From Trichosphaerium sp. ATCC 40318 (taxonomy: Eukaryota > Protista > Tubulinea), in NCBI GenBank assembly GCA_038496445.1, contig JALMLS010000075.1, forward strand, positions 310,001 through 374,000: DNA of 64,000 bases. Direction: 5' to 3'. The position numbers were made by a program, and so were the translations under genes. This document shows positions 1 to 14,660 of this stretch, one piece after another; positions within the stretch are counted from its first letter, which is position 1, and the number at the start of each line of letters is the position of its first letter. The notes below the pieces were generated by a model. It worked only from the letters and a program-made list of their open reading frames with translations. It ran no database searches and was not told where the DNA came from.

Positions 1-2383
1 ATCCAAACAGTGATAGGTAGTGTCTTTTCTGAATCTAAAGAATCCTCCCCCAACACTTTCTTCAACCCACTGTTGGTTGTCGTTGTCGATATTCTCGTAC
101 CACAGCCATATCTAAAAACAACGCATCAGGAATTGAAGAGACGAGAATCTACGCACTTGTCTGTTATCTTCGACACCAGGTCTACTATCCATTGCAAAAT
201 TCAAAGCGTTTCCTTTTTGCATTGTGATTATCTTTTTATCATTAGAAGGCAATGGTGGTGGAGGTGTTGAGTTTGGATCACCTTAACATAAAATGTAAGC
301 AATAGCAATAACGGATTGTTATGTACCGGCAACAGACACTGTTAGTCGTCCATTTGATGCTGCTCCCTAATGCAAGTGAGAAATCGACATTATCCTTATG
401 TGGTGATCATACTTGAACTGCGAATACGATTGGTCGTCCAGTTAATAATATATCTCCTGAAAGATACAAATAAAACGTTGGTGAGTTCGATTTCACTGGA
501 GTAGATCTTGTCATTTCGCGATACGTTCCAGGCAGAATAGTATTAGGATTGCCTTCAGAAAAAACAAGTCAGTAAGACCACGTGATGGGTAAGTCGCTTG
601 GTACCCGAAAAAGTTAATGTCGAAGAACCGTATCTCATTTTCAACTTCAGTGGGTAGTAGAAAGGAGCATTTCCCTTTGAGTAGTGTCAATATAATGTAT
701 AAAACAGTTGCTTAAAGACGAACCCCATTCCACATTTTTACAGTAACATACAACCTTCCATTTCTGATATCAGTCTCAACACTTTCTGGATAAAACGCAT
801 ATCCCATCCTCCGAGCATCCTTGATGAATTTAATCGGGAGAAAAACTAAGAAAAAGAAGGCGTACTATAATAGCTCTTTGCTTGACACTATTACTTACGC
901 CGCTACCAAACAGAGCGCTGGCTCTATAAAAAGTTTGTTAGCACTGTGGGACTCTACGTTCATGTACCCCATCCACGAAGTATGTGAATAATCGACGCTA
1001 TCTTCGTAGTTTTGTGCTGTAAATTTATTGTTTTTACAAGCACCATGAGGATCTATTCAATAGCGTTAACTTGGTTACCAAACAACAAGGAAAGACTATT
1101 GCCTGTTGAGAATATACACAATCCAACATCAGGTCTGAATTCTCCGCCTATTGGAGCTGTTTTCCAGTTATCAAGGCCATCATTCAATTCCATTTGGCCC
1201 ACAAAAGAGTGCTGGTTACCCAAGGTATCACGACACTGTACAAGATATTAAAACGCTGTCACTAGTTGGTTGTCCTTACAAAAGAGTCATCATGGAACCC
1301 AATGTTGAGATCTGATCCTTTGAATGTACCAAGGGCATCAGGATACCTAGCTTGTACAGGAGTGATCTGAAAAGAGCTTTGTGAACTGAGTTAGTTCAAC
1401 AACGGTTGATAAATACTAGTACTCTGTAAATGTTTCAAGGAGCATGTTCAAAAAAGAGTTTGGTGCTTTAGGACAACCTTTTCTTTGGTTCCACTCTATA
1501 TGAACAGTTTAAGGCTATGTAAGTCTATAACAGTTGTCGAGTACCTCCCCAATGTCCATAAAAACCGACTTGAATGACACCTTCGAGCAGTTTAAGAAAA
1601 CAATACAATCGAAAACAAAAACATACCTAAGCGTTCATCTCCATCATACGTTCTACCAAGCTCTTCTATCAAGTTTTTCACAGCATTTCTCAAGTTGGTG
1701 TTGGTATAATCTGGTAAAACGCCTAAAATTCCACGTTACTGAGAATATATCTTGTAAGTGCAAACCATCTTTGTCTCCTTCATCATTGTAGTAAGTGCAA
1801 AAGTTCAAGCCTGGAAGCAAAAACCCTGGAACTGCATCACCAGGATTCAAAGTTACGCTGGGATAGTCAAGGTATACTCGAATGACAGAGTGATGTCCAC
1901 GTGCTGACACTATTTTTGGAATAATGTTAGCAAGTTTGAAAACCATTATTTGTAAACTCCTTGCCTTCGTTTAAATAAGGTTCTAATCCAGTGTTGAATG
2001 TGTAACTAACAAAAAAACATAAGTATGATACCCATTCTATGATCAAACTCCAGAATAACATGCGACAGGTGTTTTTTTTTTCTTTCTTTTTGAAAAAACC
2101 AAAAAAGTGTACCTATCTGGTCCATTCATCAAGTTCTTCATTCTAAGGTAATAAAACTCCATACCTATAGAATACGTTACAATATATAGATATAATGCTA
2201 CGCAATATGAAAAGTATGGAGCAAAATCGTACTTGATGGGAAGTTGAAATTGTTTCGCTTGTACGGAACAAATCCGCGTAATGGATTCTCATCAGTCTCT
2301 GATTTATCGAATCGGAAAGTTGTTGTACCACCCAAGATAGCCAACGGCAAGCATAAAAGTACTAAAACTAATACTGATGTCAT
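1..2383 (-). CDS. Secreted DUF4832-type putative glycoside hydrolase with C-terminal ricin-B (QxW) lectin repeat; multi-exon, runs off the window start
   Basis: ATG at 2383 gives signal peptide MTSVLVLVLLCLPLAILG, then NPLRGFVPY. Spliced exons contain GFHDDSF, WKTAPIGGEFRP and RMGYAFYP. The 3' exons give a Pro linker (NSTPPPPLP) and NQQWVEESVGGGFFRFRKDTTYHCLD. Confidence 0.6.
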
Positions 2384-3512
2384 TCTACAGCGAACACGGG
2401 TTCGATATCGGACGAGGTGTTGGTTGTAGCGTGTACTGTTGGTAAAGAGTTTTTCGGTACACACTAGCGGAAGTATCGGGTGGTATTCATCCGGTTTTTG
2501 TCTACGCTTGGATACCTTGTAAGTACAACTAATGGCCCACAAGGGGGCGTTTAATGTGAAAAACACTTTGGTGTTAAATGCTTCGAATTTGCTACGATCA
2601 GTAGCTATACTATTAGGTAGCAATACAGCGCTCGCATAAGCAATCAAAAATAGAGTACAAGGTGATCCACGCAAGTAGCGCAAGTTATCACGTGATACAA
2701 ATCTAGTTTCCAAATTCAAATACAACATACCAGTACATAGTCAAAAATGAGCCTGTCACGTGGATATATTAGCGAAGGCAACTTTACAAATTCATGCAAC
2801 TTTTTTTGTACTTGTACAATACGATGCTCTACATAAAGCGTTAGTTTAATTTTTATGATAGTTTTATCTTCCCTACAGAAAGCGTTTAACCATTCGTGCA
2901 AACAATTTGTGCATTGACATTATGCGTTGTAACCTAGGTGTTAGGCAGAACCGACAAGACATTGTTAAACAAATACGTTACTCTTTATTGACAACAAGTT
3001 GTAGATTTATTTATTTGAGTTATTTTAGCTATTCTAGCTACATACATTGTGAACGCACAAAGTATAACATAAACTGGTAGGCGAAAAATCATTAAAAGTC
3101 ACGTGATTGATAACGTAAGAACCTTTTCAAAACGTAGTAGCTGAAATATACGCACAGAAGCATTACGGTAATGTAACTTGACTGTATAATAGCCTTTCTA
3201 TTCCCTCGTTGCTCCTGCAAAATATACCAAGGAGTCTAGTTGTAAGTTTGTCAGAGCAACAAAACTGAACGGTGTAGGCGCGTACAGTTGGTGTTTCTAT
3301 TGAATACCAAATCATGAAGAATGCAAGTAAAAGTTGTCTAACACATAGGCACAACCATATCGCACACTCTATAACTGATGAAATATGACGTGCTGTTAAA
3401 GTTAGCATGTTGGTTTTACAAAAAGGCTTATCAATCTACAAATAATTTACTGCGGAAAAATAAATTCAATTCGAAGGTTAAGGTGTCATAGCAGCACAAG
3501 CAAAAGATTATT

Positions 3513-3583
3513 TGCATCATCCGGGAATCGAACCCGGAACACAACCTTGGAAGGGTAGTATGATACCTTTACACCAATGATGC
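3513..3583 (-). tRNA. tRNA-Gly, anticodon TCC
   Basis: Reverse complement GCATCATTGGTGTAAAGGTATCATACTACCCTTCCAAGGTTGTGTTCCGGGTTCGATTCCCGGATGATGCA: 7-bp acceptor stem, anticodon loop CTTCCAA, T-loop GGTTCGATTCC, 71 nt. Confidence 0.95.
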
Positions 3584-3589
3584 ATGAGT

Positions 3590-3905
3590 TATATACCTTT
3601 TAACCAACACAAGCGGCACCCAGTGAAATTTGATTTAACTAATCAATCTACGTCTACTCAATATTTATTTGCATTCACCCGGTTTTGATCTTGTAGTGTA
3701 TTACTGTCCACTCAACTCAATGCATAATAACCTTTTAACCCAACACCCAATGATGTGCTAAATAGTTACTACCTGGAACATCTTCTCTGTACCTCAAGTT
3801 CCTCCTAAATACTTATTTGCATTCACCCGGTTTTGATCTTACCAACACGATCGGCACCCGGTGAAATTTGATAACTAATGTCAACTTTTACCATTTTTTG
3901 ATCTT
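3590..3905. repeat. Short imperfect direct repeats beside the tRNA
   Basis: TTATTTGCATTCACCCGGTTTTGATCTT at ~3665 and ~3813; ACCAACAC..CGGCACCC(A/G)GTGAAATTTGAT at ~3603 and ~3841. Confidence 0.7.
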
Positions 3906-4363
3906 ATACCACAGTTAAAGACATGGTTTTGGATTTGCCGTACTTTACTTGCTACTTACTACGTATCTAAACGCACCAATGCACTTTTTAGCTAAAACTA
4001 CATGCGTGCTCAATAAATTTGGCGCGTAGATTGCCTTTTCGCTTGTTGACTGCTGTATGTAAGGGCTTGAGGGTCCTGAACATAATTTGAAGTAGGCTGA
4101 GTAAGGCTACGTCCAAACGCGTTATTCTGGCTTTTTAGCAAATTGTAGTGGATACTAGTGTCTTTAACCACCAAAAACCGTTTTACTCCTCTTACGAACC
4201 TGTATGCACCACACGAAATCATCAGAATAATAAGACAGCCAGTACAGGCTAGAACGTATAAGCACTATCGATGAAGTGGATGTTCGGATACTAATTCGCC
4301 CGCATCGCGGATTTTCCTGCCAAAACTTCGGAGGATTTTAGCCGGCTCCACCGACAGAACAAA

Positions 4364-5876
4364 ATGGCACAACCAACAACAAACGCAAGTATCTGGTTCG
4401 ATCAACTCTCCGACGGGACAATCGCATGTATTGGTGATGTAATCTTGCAAGAGTTTGTAGTTGTACAACCAACGCGTTGTACGCTCTCAGAACCCTTCAA
4501 CATGCAATGCGCAACGTATGCAGCCCAGTATATCCGTCAAAGGTTTCCAGAACTCAACAGAACAGAATTTGCTAGTCTAAGTAAGTCCTGTCGCTTCGAC
4601 AGGGTAACACAACCCGAAAGAAAGGCAGTAAGTTCCGTTTAATCATTGCTTATTAAATTCTTACAAAAATAGGCTAAAGCGGTCCGTTTGGAACACCTCG
4701 ACCATGAAACTGAACAAGAGCTTCAAAGAGCCGTTGATGCTGAAGTTTTAGATGCAATTAATTGTCACCCAACAGAGCTAGGACTTCTTCAATGGAAGGT
4801 ACGGAGGAAAAAAAAACCGAATTCTCCGCTTACTTAATTGATACTTATTCGCTTAGATGTCATTCCACACTACATCAAAAGGTGATAAAACTTCTCTATA
4901 CATTGTCTTTGCTTGTAGCCACAATCACGTGGACGGCGTATCTATTCAAAGACTCACGGGATACTTTCTTTCGGCATATGTGAAATCGCTTCAATCTCCA
5001 GAGTCGCCCCTTCCGAAACCAGAGAGGCTTCCGCTATACTCCTTGCTGCCTCAAGAACATGTCAAATTATCGAAGTGGCAATGCGCATTTACCAAATCTA
5101 TAAGTGGTGTAGCAGCGAGAGGCGTAAGATACCTACAACCGAAATGCCCTTGGTACAAGAAAGATGTTGTAAAGGAAGAATACAGACATCAGGTTTTGAC
5201 GCACACAATACCAGCTCAAAAGGTCAAAGAATTATTGAACAAGTGTCGCTCGAGAAAACTCACAATCGGTACAGCAATACACGCATGCATGTTCTACAAT
5301 ACAGCAACAGCGTACTATGCAACCGAAGGATCCAAAAACAAATGGTCGCTTAAAATCGGTATGAGCAAGAATATGAGACCCTACCTTGACCCTCCTCTCC
5401 CTCCTACAGTCATCGCACCTCAACAAGGATCAATAGATGTTATCTTTAATTCAGTAAGAGGAGACGAAACCCTTGAAGGAAAAGAAAAAAGTGAGAAAAT
5501 ATGGGAATGGGCTTCTCACTCTAGAAAAACACTATTAGATTCTAAACCAATGGATGCAATTTCTGGAGAACTATTACTTGCTTATATGATCCGTGACCAT
5601 TACAGAAAATTAAAGGCTATAGAATACATTGGTGACATGTGGTTTTCAAACGTAGGGCTTTTCACACCACCTCCTGAGTTGGCTGATGCTGGTATTACAA
5701 TCGAATCCACTTACACTGTAAATATTCCAGTTAAGCCAGCTTATGATCTTCTATGGAGTAATACAGTTAAGGGTGGTGATATGGTTTTATCTATGGCTGT
5801 TGATACCACAGTAAGGAATTTAAAAGGCGCACAATCCTTCCTTGAAGATGTTGTGAGAACAATTGACATACTGTAA
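4364..5876 (+). CDS. CoA-dependent acyltransferase, condensation/alcohol acetyltransferase-like (HxxxD); 3 exons
   Basis: Two GT-AG introns join the 4364 ORF to the 339-aa ORF. Catalytic-type motif SHNHVDG, 'KCRSRKLTIGTAIHAC', C-terminal WFSNVG. Confidence 0.7.
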
Positions 5877-6304
5877 ATACTCAAAAGATAGAATAAATTG
5901 TTACTCTGTGAAAAGAAATGTTCTCGTCCATGCCGTTGTTTTGAGTTAAATCGATTGTTTCTTCCTATGATATATAGTACTCAATTGCAAGAACTATAGG
6001 AGTACGGCGCAGTGGCATGAAAAACGGCTCTTGACTTGCAATGTAATACAAACTCGAATGATTATAAAAAAAAAACAAACAAGTACACAGACACCTCTTT
6101 ATTACGCCCATGGCAGGACTCAGAAACAATACAATAAATACATTTGACGTTGTTTGTGCTGAACATGCCTACTACTACAAACAAACCAAAAAAAAGCATC
6201 AAAGGGAAAAAATATTTTGAAAGCTTTTGAATTAGTTATTTTGGTTCAAGGTAGATTTTTTTTGGTTTTTTTTTCCGTTTTTCATTGACGTCCTATTGCC
6301 GGTC

Positions 6305-9300
6305 TTACAGTGTCTCTCGAAAATTTTCGATGGCATCAACAGGATCAAATCCTGTAAGATCTTCAACACCATCATCAACATCAACATCATCATCGACAGT
6401 TTCATCTTCAGCATCCTCTTCACCAGCAGCTCCTTGTTTTGAAACCTTGATTGTATTTTTCAACAATTCATAGTGATCATTAGCAGTCTCTAAACAAACA
6501 CTCTGTTAAGATCAAATACTCAAACACATGCATTAACACGTGTATTAAACACGTGTTAAACAAAAGATTGTTGTAAAAAAATACAAACAACGTACTCATG
6601 CGTTCAAGCTCAGCTTGTTCAAAAACAACATTTTCACCAGAACTCCATCTTGTAAGTTTTTTAAAGATATTATTCGCCATTATAATTTCACTTCCAGGTA
6701 TCTCTTCACCACGCTCTTCATACTCAAGAGCAACACGTTCTATACGTAACAAACAAGTCAGATATAGGGGATAATACGATGTGAAGTCCAAAATGGTAAC
6801 TACGTACTCAAGAAAACATTATCAGATTGTAGAACCTCATCAACAGACATAGACTTCTGTTTCTCCTTCTCCTCAAGTTCAACTGCTTGTTCGTACTTAT
6901 TAACAGACTTCTGTACAATCTCTTTGAATTGATCATATTGTTTTGGATGTAAATAGCCCTAAAACAAAGATGTAAGCAAAAAAAAGAACGAACAAGTGAC
7001 AATGCAATAAAAAAAAGAAGAAGCAAAACCAAACAAGCGACGTACCAACTCTATAGCTGACATGAGAGGAATATAATGATTGTTCTTAGTTACAGCATAC
7101 TTAAAGCCATGTTGTTCAATAACAGGACACTCCCTACCCTCATATCTTACAACACCAATTTGAAGTCCAGCTACAAACAAAGACGTCAAAACCAAAGAAA
7201 AAAACATCTTCACGTACCAGCTTGTTGCTGTGTTTCCTCCAAGCTTCTAAATGAAGCAATAGCTGGTCCAGGGAATACCTCACCAGATGAAGCAGAAACA
7301 GTAGATGGCATGAACTGTAATGTAGCGATAAACTCAGGTTTTGTAAAAGTCTTGTAAGACTCATGAATTAATCTCTTATCCTTATCTTCCATAGTCTCAT
7401 AAACATGTTTAGAGACATTAGAGCTCTTGTTCATCAAAGACGCAGTATCAAAAGGTCGAGCACGGCCGATCTTAGCTTCATCTTCAGCACGCCTACTATG
7501 ATCTACATTAACTTGCTCATCTTGTACAACATCAACTATTGTTTTAGGAACATGAGAGTAATCGTCTGATGTCTAAAAAAAAATCAATTAACAAAACCAA
7601 AGACTTCACAGAGTGCTTGCTCTACAGCACTTTCTACGGGGTTTTTTCGAATATTAAACGTACAATGCCGACATCGGTAATGATACCCAAAGCATCCTCT
7701 TGTAGACTACGCATTTGAGCAATTTTTGCTGGAGTTAAGGTATTGATAAAATTTGCCAATACAAGTGTTGGAAATTCTGGCAAGTGCTCTGGGATTTCAA
7801 CATCCTTGCCATAACTTGGTGCGGATCCCTTTAGTGTATTCATAACTTCTTCAAGAAGACCTTTAGCCTTTGGGAATAGTGGTGTATCTTTCAAATCGCG
7901 CACTATGAAGGAAACATTAGACAAAATCAATTTGCAAAAAAAGGATCCTAGACGTACACAAAATAAGTGATATTGTGTTTGCTCCTTTAGAAGTCACTCG
8001 TGTGTGTCTGCTTTGTAACCATTCTCTGACAACAGGTACAGCTTCTTCTAATACAGGAATAGCAGTACGAGCATTCTCAAAGTAAGCCTCATAGACGCCT
8101 TTTAAAAACAGTTAGTTAAAAAAAAAATTGTTTTATGGTTACCTTCAGTCTTAGGAACGTCGGCAGCACCCATTGAATGCCACAGTTTGAATGCTTCTTC
8201 ATATTCAGCACGACTAAACAAATTGTATAAATAACTGTGAGAGAACATAAAATAAATACATACGCAGCGTGATCTCTTAGCATGTTTTCATAATGATGAG
8301 TTGAGATTTGCTCAGGAACTTCTTTTTGAAGTCTTGTGAACTCTTCTGTGTACTTCTCCTTATCAAACTTCTGAAGTGCAGTAAGGTACTGTGCATATCC
8401 AATACGAGCCCATCCACCATTAGACTATAGCATAAAAAAGTCAGATAAATAATAAAACCACAAACAACCGCAAAAAAACAAAAAAAGGGTTTCCTAAACA
8501 ATACCTTAATGTTTTCGAAGTACTCTTTTCCTTTTGATATTTCACCCTTCCTGTACAAGAAAGAAACATACTCAGCATGTATACGCTCATTAATAAGAGT
8601 AGGGTCTTGTTTTTCAACAAGATCCCAGTATTTCTTAACCATAGCTTCATCCTTAGATCCACGTAATGAAGCAAGAAGGATTTTGGTCATATTTTCAGTC
8701 TAAAAATAAAACTTCAGCAAAAAAAAAGTTCAAGTTCAAAACAAACGCGTTTACCGTTATGCCTCCTTCTTTCTCTTTCAACAATGTTAAGACATGGTTT
8801 ACTTCAAGAATAGCATCACGATCAGCATACATACTGAGCAAGTGGTTCAAGAGCTGTACATTTGGAATACGAGAGGCGTTTTGCATCTATAAAAATAAAG
8901 TTAATAAAAATAAGAGAAAAAATAGACAGTGGGCACATACAAACTGCAAGTAGTTGTGTGCTTCATCAATATCGTAATCAGCAAAAGCTTTAAGAACCAA
9001 TTCATAACACTCGTCTTCAACAGGTGTGTTATTTTCCAAGACAATACGCCACACATCAATGACAACTACAACCCAATATTAGTTAAAAAAATACTTTACA
9101 CCACGCAAAAAAAAGTACTTACGGTTGATCTCATTTCTGCCTGAGTAGTACTTCATGAGCTCCATGTACATCTCTGCTGGTATTTTTATCTTATGCTTTG
9201 TAAATTCACGTCTAACAAGACGCACACCCTTGACATTATCATGTTTGGTGTAAAATTTCAGCTAATATAAAAAATCAATAAACAACATCAGAGCAAAAGC

Positions 9301-12300
9301 AAAGAATCTGCGTACAATATCCATGTACTCTTCATTCATACCGCCATCAAGACGTTTTACATCAAACAATTCATCTACATCACGCTGAGAGAGTATGTTA
9401 GAAGGTAAAAGGAGCAGAAAGAAACAGAGGAAAAAACAACTAAAGTACCAAAATTTGGAAAGCATTTGAATCATTTCCGTGGTGTAGTTCGTTCTGAATT
9501 TGGGCTTGACATAATCTAATGAATATATTCCTCTCCATACTACTTCCGTGTACGCTTATCTATACAAAAAAATCAATACTTTTTTGTCTCGTAAAAAGAA
9601 ACCAAAAAAAAAGCAATAAAAACATACGTGCTCAAGCCAATTGATGTATTTCTGTCTGTTTGCATCATAATTCTGGCCCGTCCAACCTTCATACATAATA
9701 ATCAAGAAGTCAAGAGGTTGTTCATCCTCTGCATAACCGGCTTCTTTACACTAGGAACCACGGTTAGGCAATTAAAAAAAAACTTGAGTTCTTGAACAAA
9801 GTGCATTCAAAAATGAACGCTATCACGTACTTGCTTCATCATGTCTTCAAACATATCCCATTTTCTCAAATGAACGAGATCACTCATGTATGTCATACGC
9901 ATATTATATAAATCTTGTTTATCTTCCTCCCACCATCTATAGTCATTTAGTAACAAACCCTTTTTGAAACATGTTTTTGTTTTTTATGAACGTACTCTTT
10001 TTCAATTACTCTTTGCCATAGAGGGAAAGCTTTTGTTGGTTGACATGTCTCGGTTGTGTAGTGTTTTAAGAAACGTATTGTTCTGGATTTATCAGTATAT
10101 CCCATGTCAATCAGGAAGTCAATCATTTCATCTTGTAGTCGGTTAGAAGAAATGTATCATCAAAAAAAAAAAAAAAGTTTTGGATACTCACTCTTCTCAG
10201 GTCTGAGTAATGAAGAGTTTAACATCTCAGAAATATAAAGATCAATTTCTTTATCTTCGACTGCATAAGATTTGCTATGCATTTCAGCTAGCACGTGCTA
10301 TAAAAAAATCGCGTTAGTGGTTGCAAAACTTCAGAACAGTAACTTACCTTGATATCCAAGAAGTAATAGTGATCCTCGTCAGCTCTGTTAGCCATCTTAC
10401 GATAACTTGTCCAAATACTCTTATATTGCTCTTCAGTAAACTCAGGGTCGGTGTACTCACTAAAGAGTTTGAGCAATTAAAGCCTCTTGACTGGGAAATA
10501 AAAACTAGAAAAAAAAAAACAAAACCAAAACGTACTGCATTTGGTGTAAATAGCATATTTTTCCATAATACTCATGTTCGAATAGTTGTTCAAAAGTCAA
10601 TGTTTTCCAATCTACAACTTGCCTAAAAAAAAAATTCATAAATATCACAAAAAAAAACATAAAAGACACAAGAAAATTCTCAACAAAAAAATCTCGAACT
10701 TACACTTTGTGACGATCCAGTTCACGTTTTTGATAGAATTCCTCCTCTCTCATATCTAAATCCTCACCTTCGAAAGGATTACGCATTACTTCCTTCTTCT
10801 CTGTTGCAGAAGCAAGCTCTTTAATCTTTGAACGAAGAGATTCTGCTTGTCTCTTTAAACTCTCACGAAATTGTAATTGTGTGACAGGATCATCAGCCAT
10901 CAGTGTAGTCTCATAACCCTCAGGTAAGTCACGCTCATCTCCAGCAAAATCTCTGATTCTGACGTTATCAGTAGGATCATCATCATCATCATCGCCAGCA
11001 AAATCTTTGGCTCTGATGTTATCAGCAGGATTAACATCAACAGGATTATTATCTCCTTCTTCTTCTGGATTTAACCCCATCGCTGCCAGCGCTTCATCAC
11101 GACCTTTGAGAGATTCTGGGTCAGTTGGCATGTCTTGGAAACCCATCTTTTCGCCGCGATAGTCCCTACAACGTAATAAATACGAAAAAAAATTATAACC
11201 ACTAATACCACTAAAAGGGGTACAACGAAAGAGAGGTCTTGTAAAAAAAAAAAAAAAAAAAAAAGGCGTACTCTTCCAAGTTAAGGAACGCGTCTTCTTG
11301 TCTGTAAATCTCAGCCAATAAACCACGGTTATCTCTATTATTGATTCTCTCGAGCTCTTCAATAAATCTCTTTGGAAGGATATTCTTCAATCTATCTGGA
11401 ATAGAACCCTTAATAAGTGCATACTTAATACCAAGTTTTGCATGTCTATGTAGACCAGGATCAATAACGTCTCTAAGGTGAGGTGGTATAAGGATAGAAT
11501 CATTATATATCTTAAGAGGCTCTTTAGGATTAAGGTTAAGCTGGCCTTCAGCTTCAATGTTCTTGTTTTCCTCCTCAACATGATCTATCACATCCTCAAG
11601 ATCATCGTCAAAAGCATCATCAACAGGTTCTTTAGATTTTAAAAAATGATCTTCTCCCAAACGTTCTGAAGGTATTATAACATCCCTATCCAAGTCTTCC
11701 TCTTGATCATATGTGGTAGCTTCGTAATCGAATCTATCATCCTCGTCGACATCAGGAAGCATAAATTGGTGAGAATCAACTAAAGACAACAGTCAGAGAA
11801 AAAAACATGAATACTGTTTTCGAAAAAATAAAACTAGCATATTACCTTCTTCACCGTATTCTTCTAAATCATCCATCTGCTCCTCAGTAACATTCTTGAA
11901 GAAGTCTTTGACATCAGTAGGGAAGTCTTGCTTTACAAAACCAAGCATGAGAGCTTTGTTTAGACGAAGTTTACGAGCAACATCATCTTGTCGTCCTTCA
12001 TTCATGTACTCAATGTTCAAGTGAGCGATATGAGATTCAACATCAAGTAACTGTCGTCGCAATTCGCTAATCTCTTTGTCAACCTTGTTTTGAATTTGGT
12101 CCTTTCGGAGTAATTCTTCTCTTGGTAGACGATTCCTGAAAAATAAGGTCAACAAAAAAAAACGACGAGGCTAGCTAAAACAAAAAGCATCGAACCTTAA
12201 CCAACGGTGATTAGTTGCAATATCATCAGCTGTCATATTCAAGGCATCTACAGTTGTTTTCCAGTAAATAGAGCGCTCTTGGGGGTTTCCATAAGCATCT

Positions 12301-14479
12301 TCAATAAATTGTAAACCTCCATTGTACTAAAAAACAAATCAGAAACAATTCTTTCTTTTCTTTCATACGTCTTTTTCTTTCTGGTTGAGTTCGCTTTCAG
12401 TCATCTCATTGATACCTGACTCTTCCAACATTTCGCCAAGACGCTTAAGCAATCGCTTGTGATCTTAGAGAAGCTTTAGGACTCAAATAATAGCAGGAGA
12501 TAAAGAAAGAAATGATAACCAAAAAAAAAACCGTACGTATACTCTTTACTTCACTAATTAAATCTGTTACAGTATTAACTTCTCTTGGCTTAGGGTTTTT
12601 AATAGGGTCTTTAGCATGTGCTGCATCAAGCCTTCTATTATTATAAGCAATTCTTGCTGCCAAAAATACAAGTTTACCACCATCTAAATGAACCACTTAG
12701 CGCAAGACAATAGCGAAACAAACATCCAAAAATGGAAGAAAAAAAAAATTGTTGCGACACATACCACGTCTATCATCGTACTCCTGGTAGAGACTTTTTT
12801 TAATACGCTCGTCAACACGTTTTTCTAATTCTTCATGTTCTTTTTCTTCACCAAGCCATGCTGCTGCAGCTTTATCATCTAGATACAAGGTCAATTGATA
12901 AAGAGTTTCCTCAACAAAAAAAATCTTACCTGCAGAGTCAAACAAATCTAAGAAGCTCTTTTGCTTCTCAACTGACATTTCTGATACATCCTTAACATCA
13001 AAGGTACCATCAAGTATACTCTTTTTCAAATCATCATTCAATATACTATGTGCAACCTTAGAACGAAGATCGCTATCCTTCAATCTCTCCCTATAAAAAA
13101 ACAATTGTAAGCTTTCGCAAAAAAAACCAAAAAAAAACACGTTGCAGCAAGACTTCAACGAACTACTGCTTATAACAAAGTCTAGTACGTACTGGATATA
13201 CTCTTCGAAATTTGCACGACTTTCACGCTCAGAAGGACGCATTTCAGCACGGCTGGTTTTCTCAGCATTATCTTCTTTCATAATTTCTAAAATTTCTTCC
13301 ACCTCTTTATCTGATTCTAAAGCTTTGTCTAGCTTCGCAAGAGCATTTTCATAACGATGTCTTGCTTTCAACATCGGGTTATCGTTTCTCAAGTCTTCAA
13401 CGTCTCTTAACGCTGCACCTGCACGTCCATGTCGAGCTGTTTTTTGCTAATAATGATTTTAGCCTTAATCGTACAGCAAATCCTTCAAAAGAGGGAACCC
13501 AGCAATACAACGACTGGAAATAAAGTTTTTGGGTGTTTCTTTTTTTTTTTTGTTTTAATGCGTACTTCGTCATCTGCATACACTTTTTTGATAAATTCTA
13601 ACTTGTCTGGGTCGATATCAGTAGCTGCTGTGAGCCTGAAACGATCACGTCTATATTTCAGTTTACGCTATCAGTTGTGAGTTCAAATACACTCCTTACG
13701 CTAAGAAAATAAAGGGAGACGCACAGGCATGTTGTTATCATCAAAATCCTTTGGTCTGAAGGTAATCCATTTTCGATATTTTTTCTCTACAAACTCGTTC
13801 CAGATACCGCGTTTCTATAGTAGAGCGTTAAGAGGGATTGAAAAGTTTAAAAAAGAGTTGTTTCGCGAATGTTGAAAGCAATAAAGGCAAAATAGCTTCG
13901 CATGGCGACTTTGAAGCGAGGTAGCCTACACAGCACTTGACTTGTATGAGCCCATGGATTTTTAGCGCTTGTGGCCAGTTTTAAGGAAAAATGAAAACTC
14001 CAAAAAATCGAACGTGTTAGGTGTACCTTGAGGCGGTTGAACGTCTCAGTGATTTCAATGTTAGTTTTTTTCATAAACTCTTTCGACAGGCCAATTGTAC
14101 GAAAGTCTGGGTCCTTCAATAGAGGGTGAATAGGGCTATCCTCCCAGTACTTTTGTTCCATGTTATAGTTGTTCATAAGCTTTTCAGCGACTTCTTGTTG
14201 CAGCTCATAGCCTTCTTTTGTATCGATTTTACCCAGCATAGCTTCTAATTCGACGAGACTGAAGTTTTGTAGCGCTTTTTTAGCTTCGCGAGTCCAATCT
14301 TGATGCATTTCAGAATCACGCTGAATACCGCTGTCGGCGAAGGTTTGGGGTTTAAACTCATCCCTTTCTGCGTTTTCAAATTGTATGGAGCGCGATGTTT
14401 GTTTCGCCTTTACGCGCTTTTTATCGTCCTGGCGCACGCGTAGCGCTCTATTTAAGCGCGTGCCCGCTCTAGTTATCAT
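6305..14479 (-). CDS. Very large (~2000 aa), highly intronated acidic protein with a basic N-terminus and degenerate PPR-like helical repeats in the C-terminal half; probably mitochondrial
   Basis: Starts MITRAGTRLNRALRVRQ (Arg-rich presequence-like). Exons join in frame across the introns I checked (e.g. ~10625-10703). PPR-like stretch PNVQLLNHLLSMYADRDAILEVNHVLTLLKEK. Ends ...ENFRETL* at 6305. Not every junction was verified. Confidence 0.5.
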
Positions 14480-14660
14480 GTTTAACCAGTGCCAGGATTA
14501 AAATATGTCATTATTAATAATTTTGACCATTTTCCTTGCCCACAATCAAAAAAGCACGCAAATAGCCCATTGGTATTTACAACGAATAATGGTGAACTTA
14601 CAGAGGAAAAACGGAGTGTGAAAAGCATAACTAGTATTGAAAGCCTTGGTCGTATCTGTT

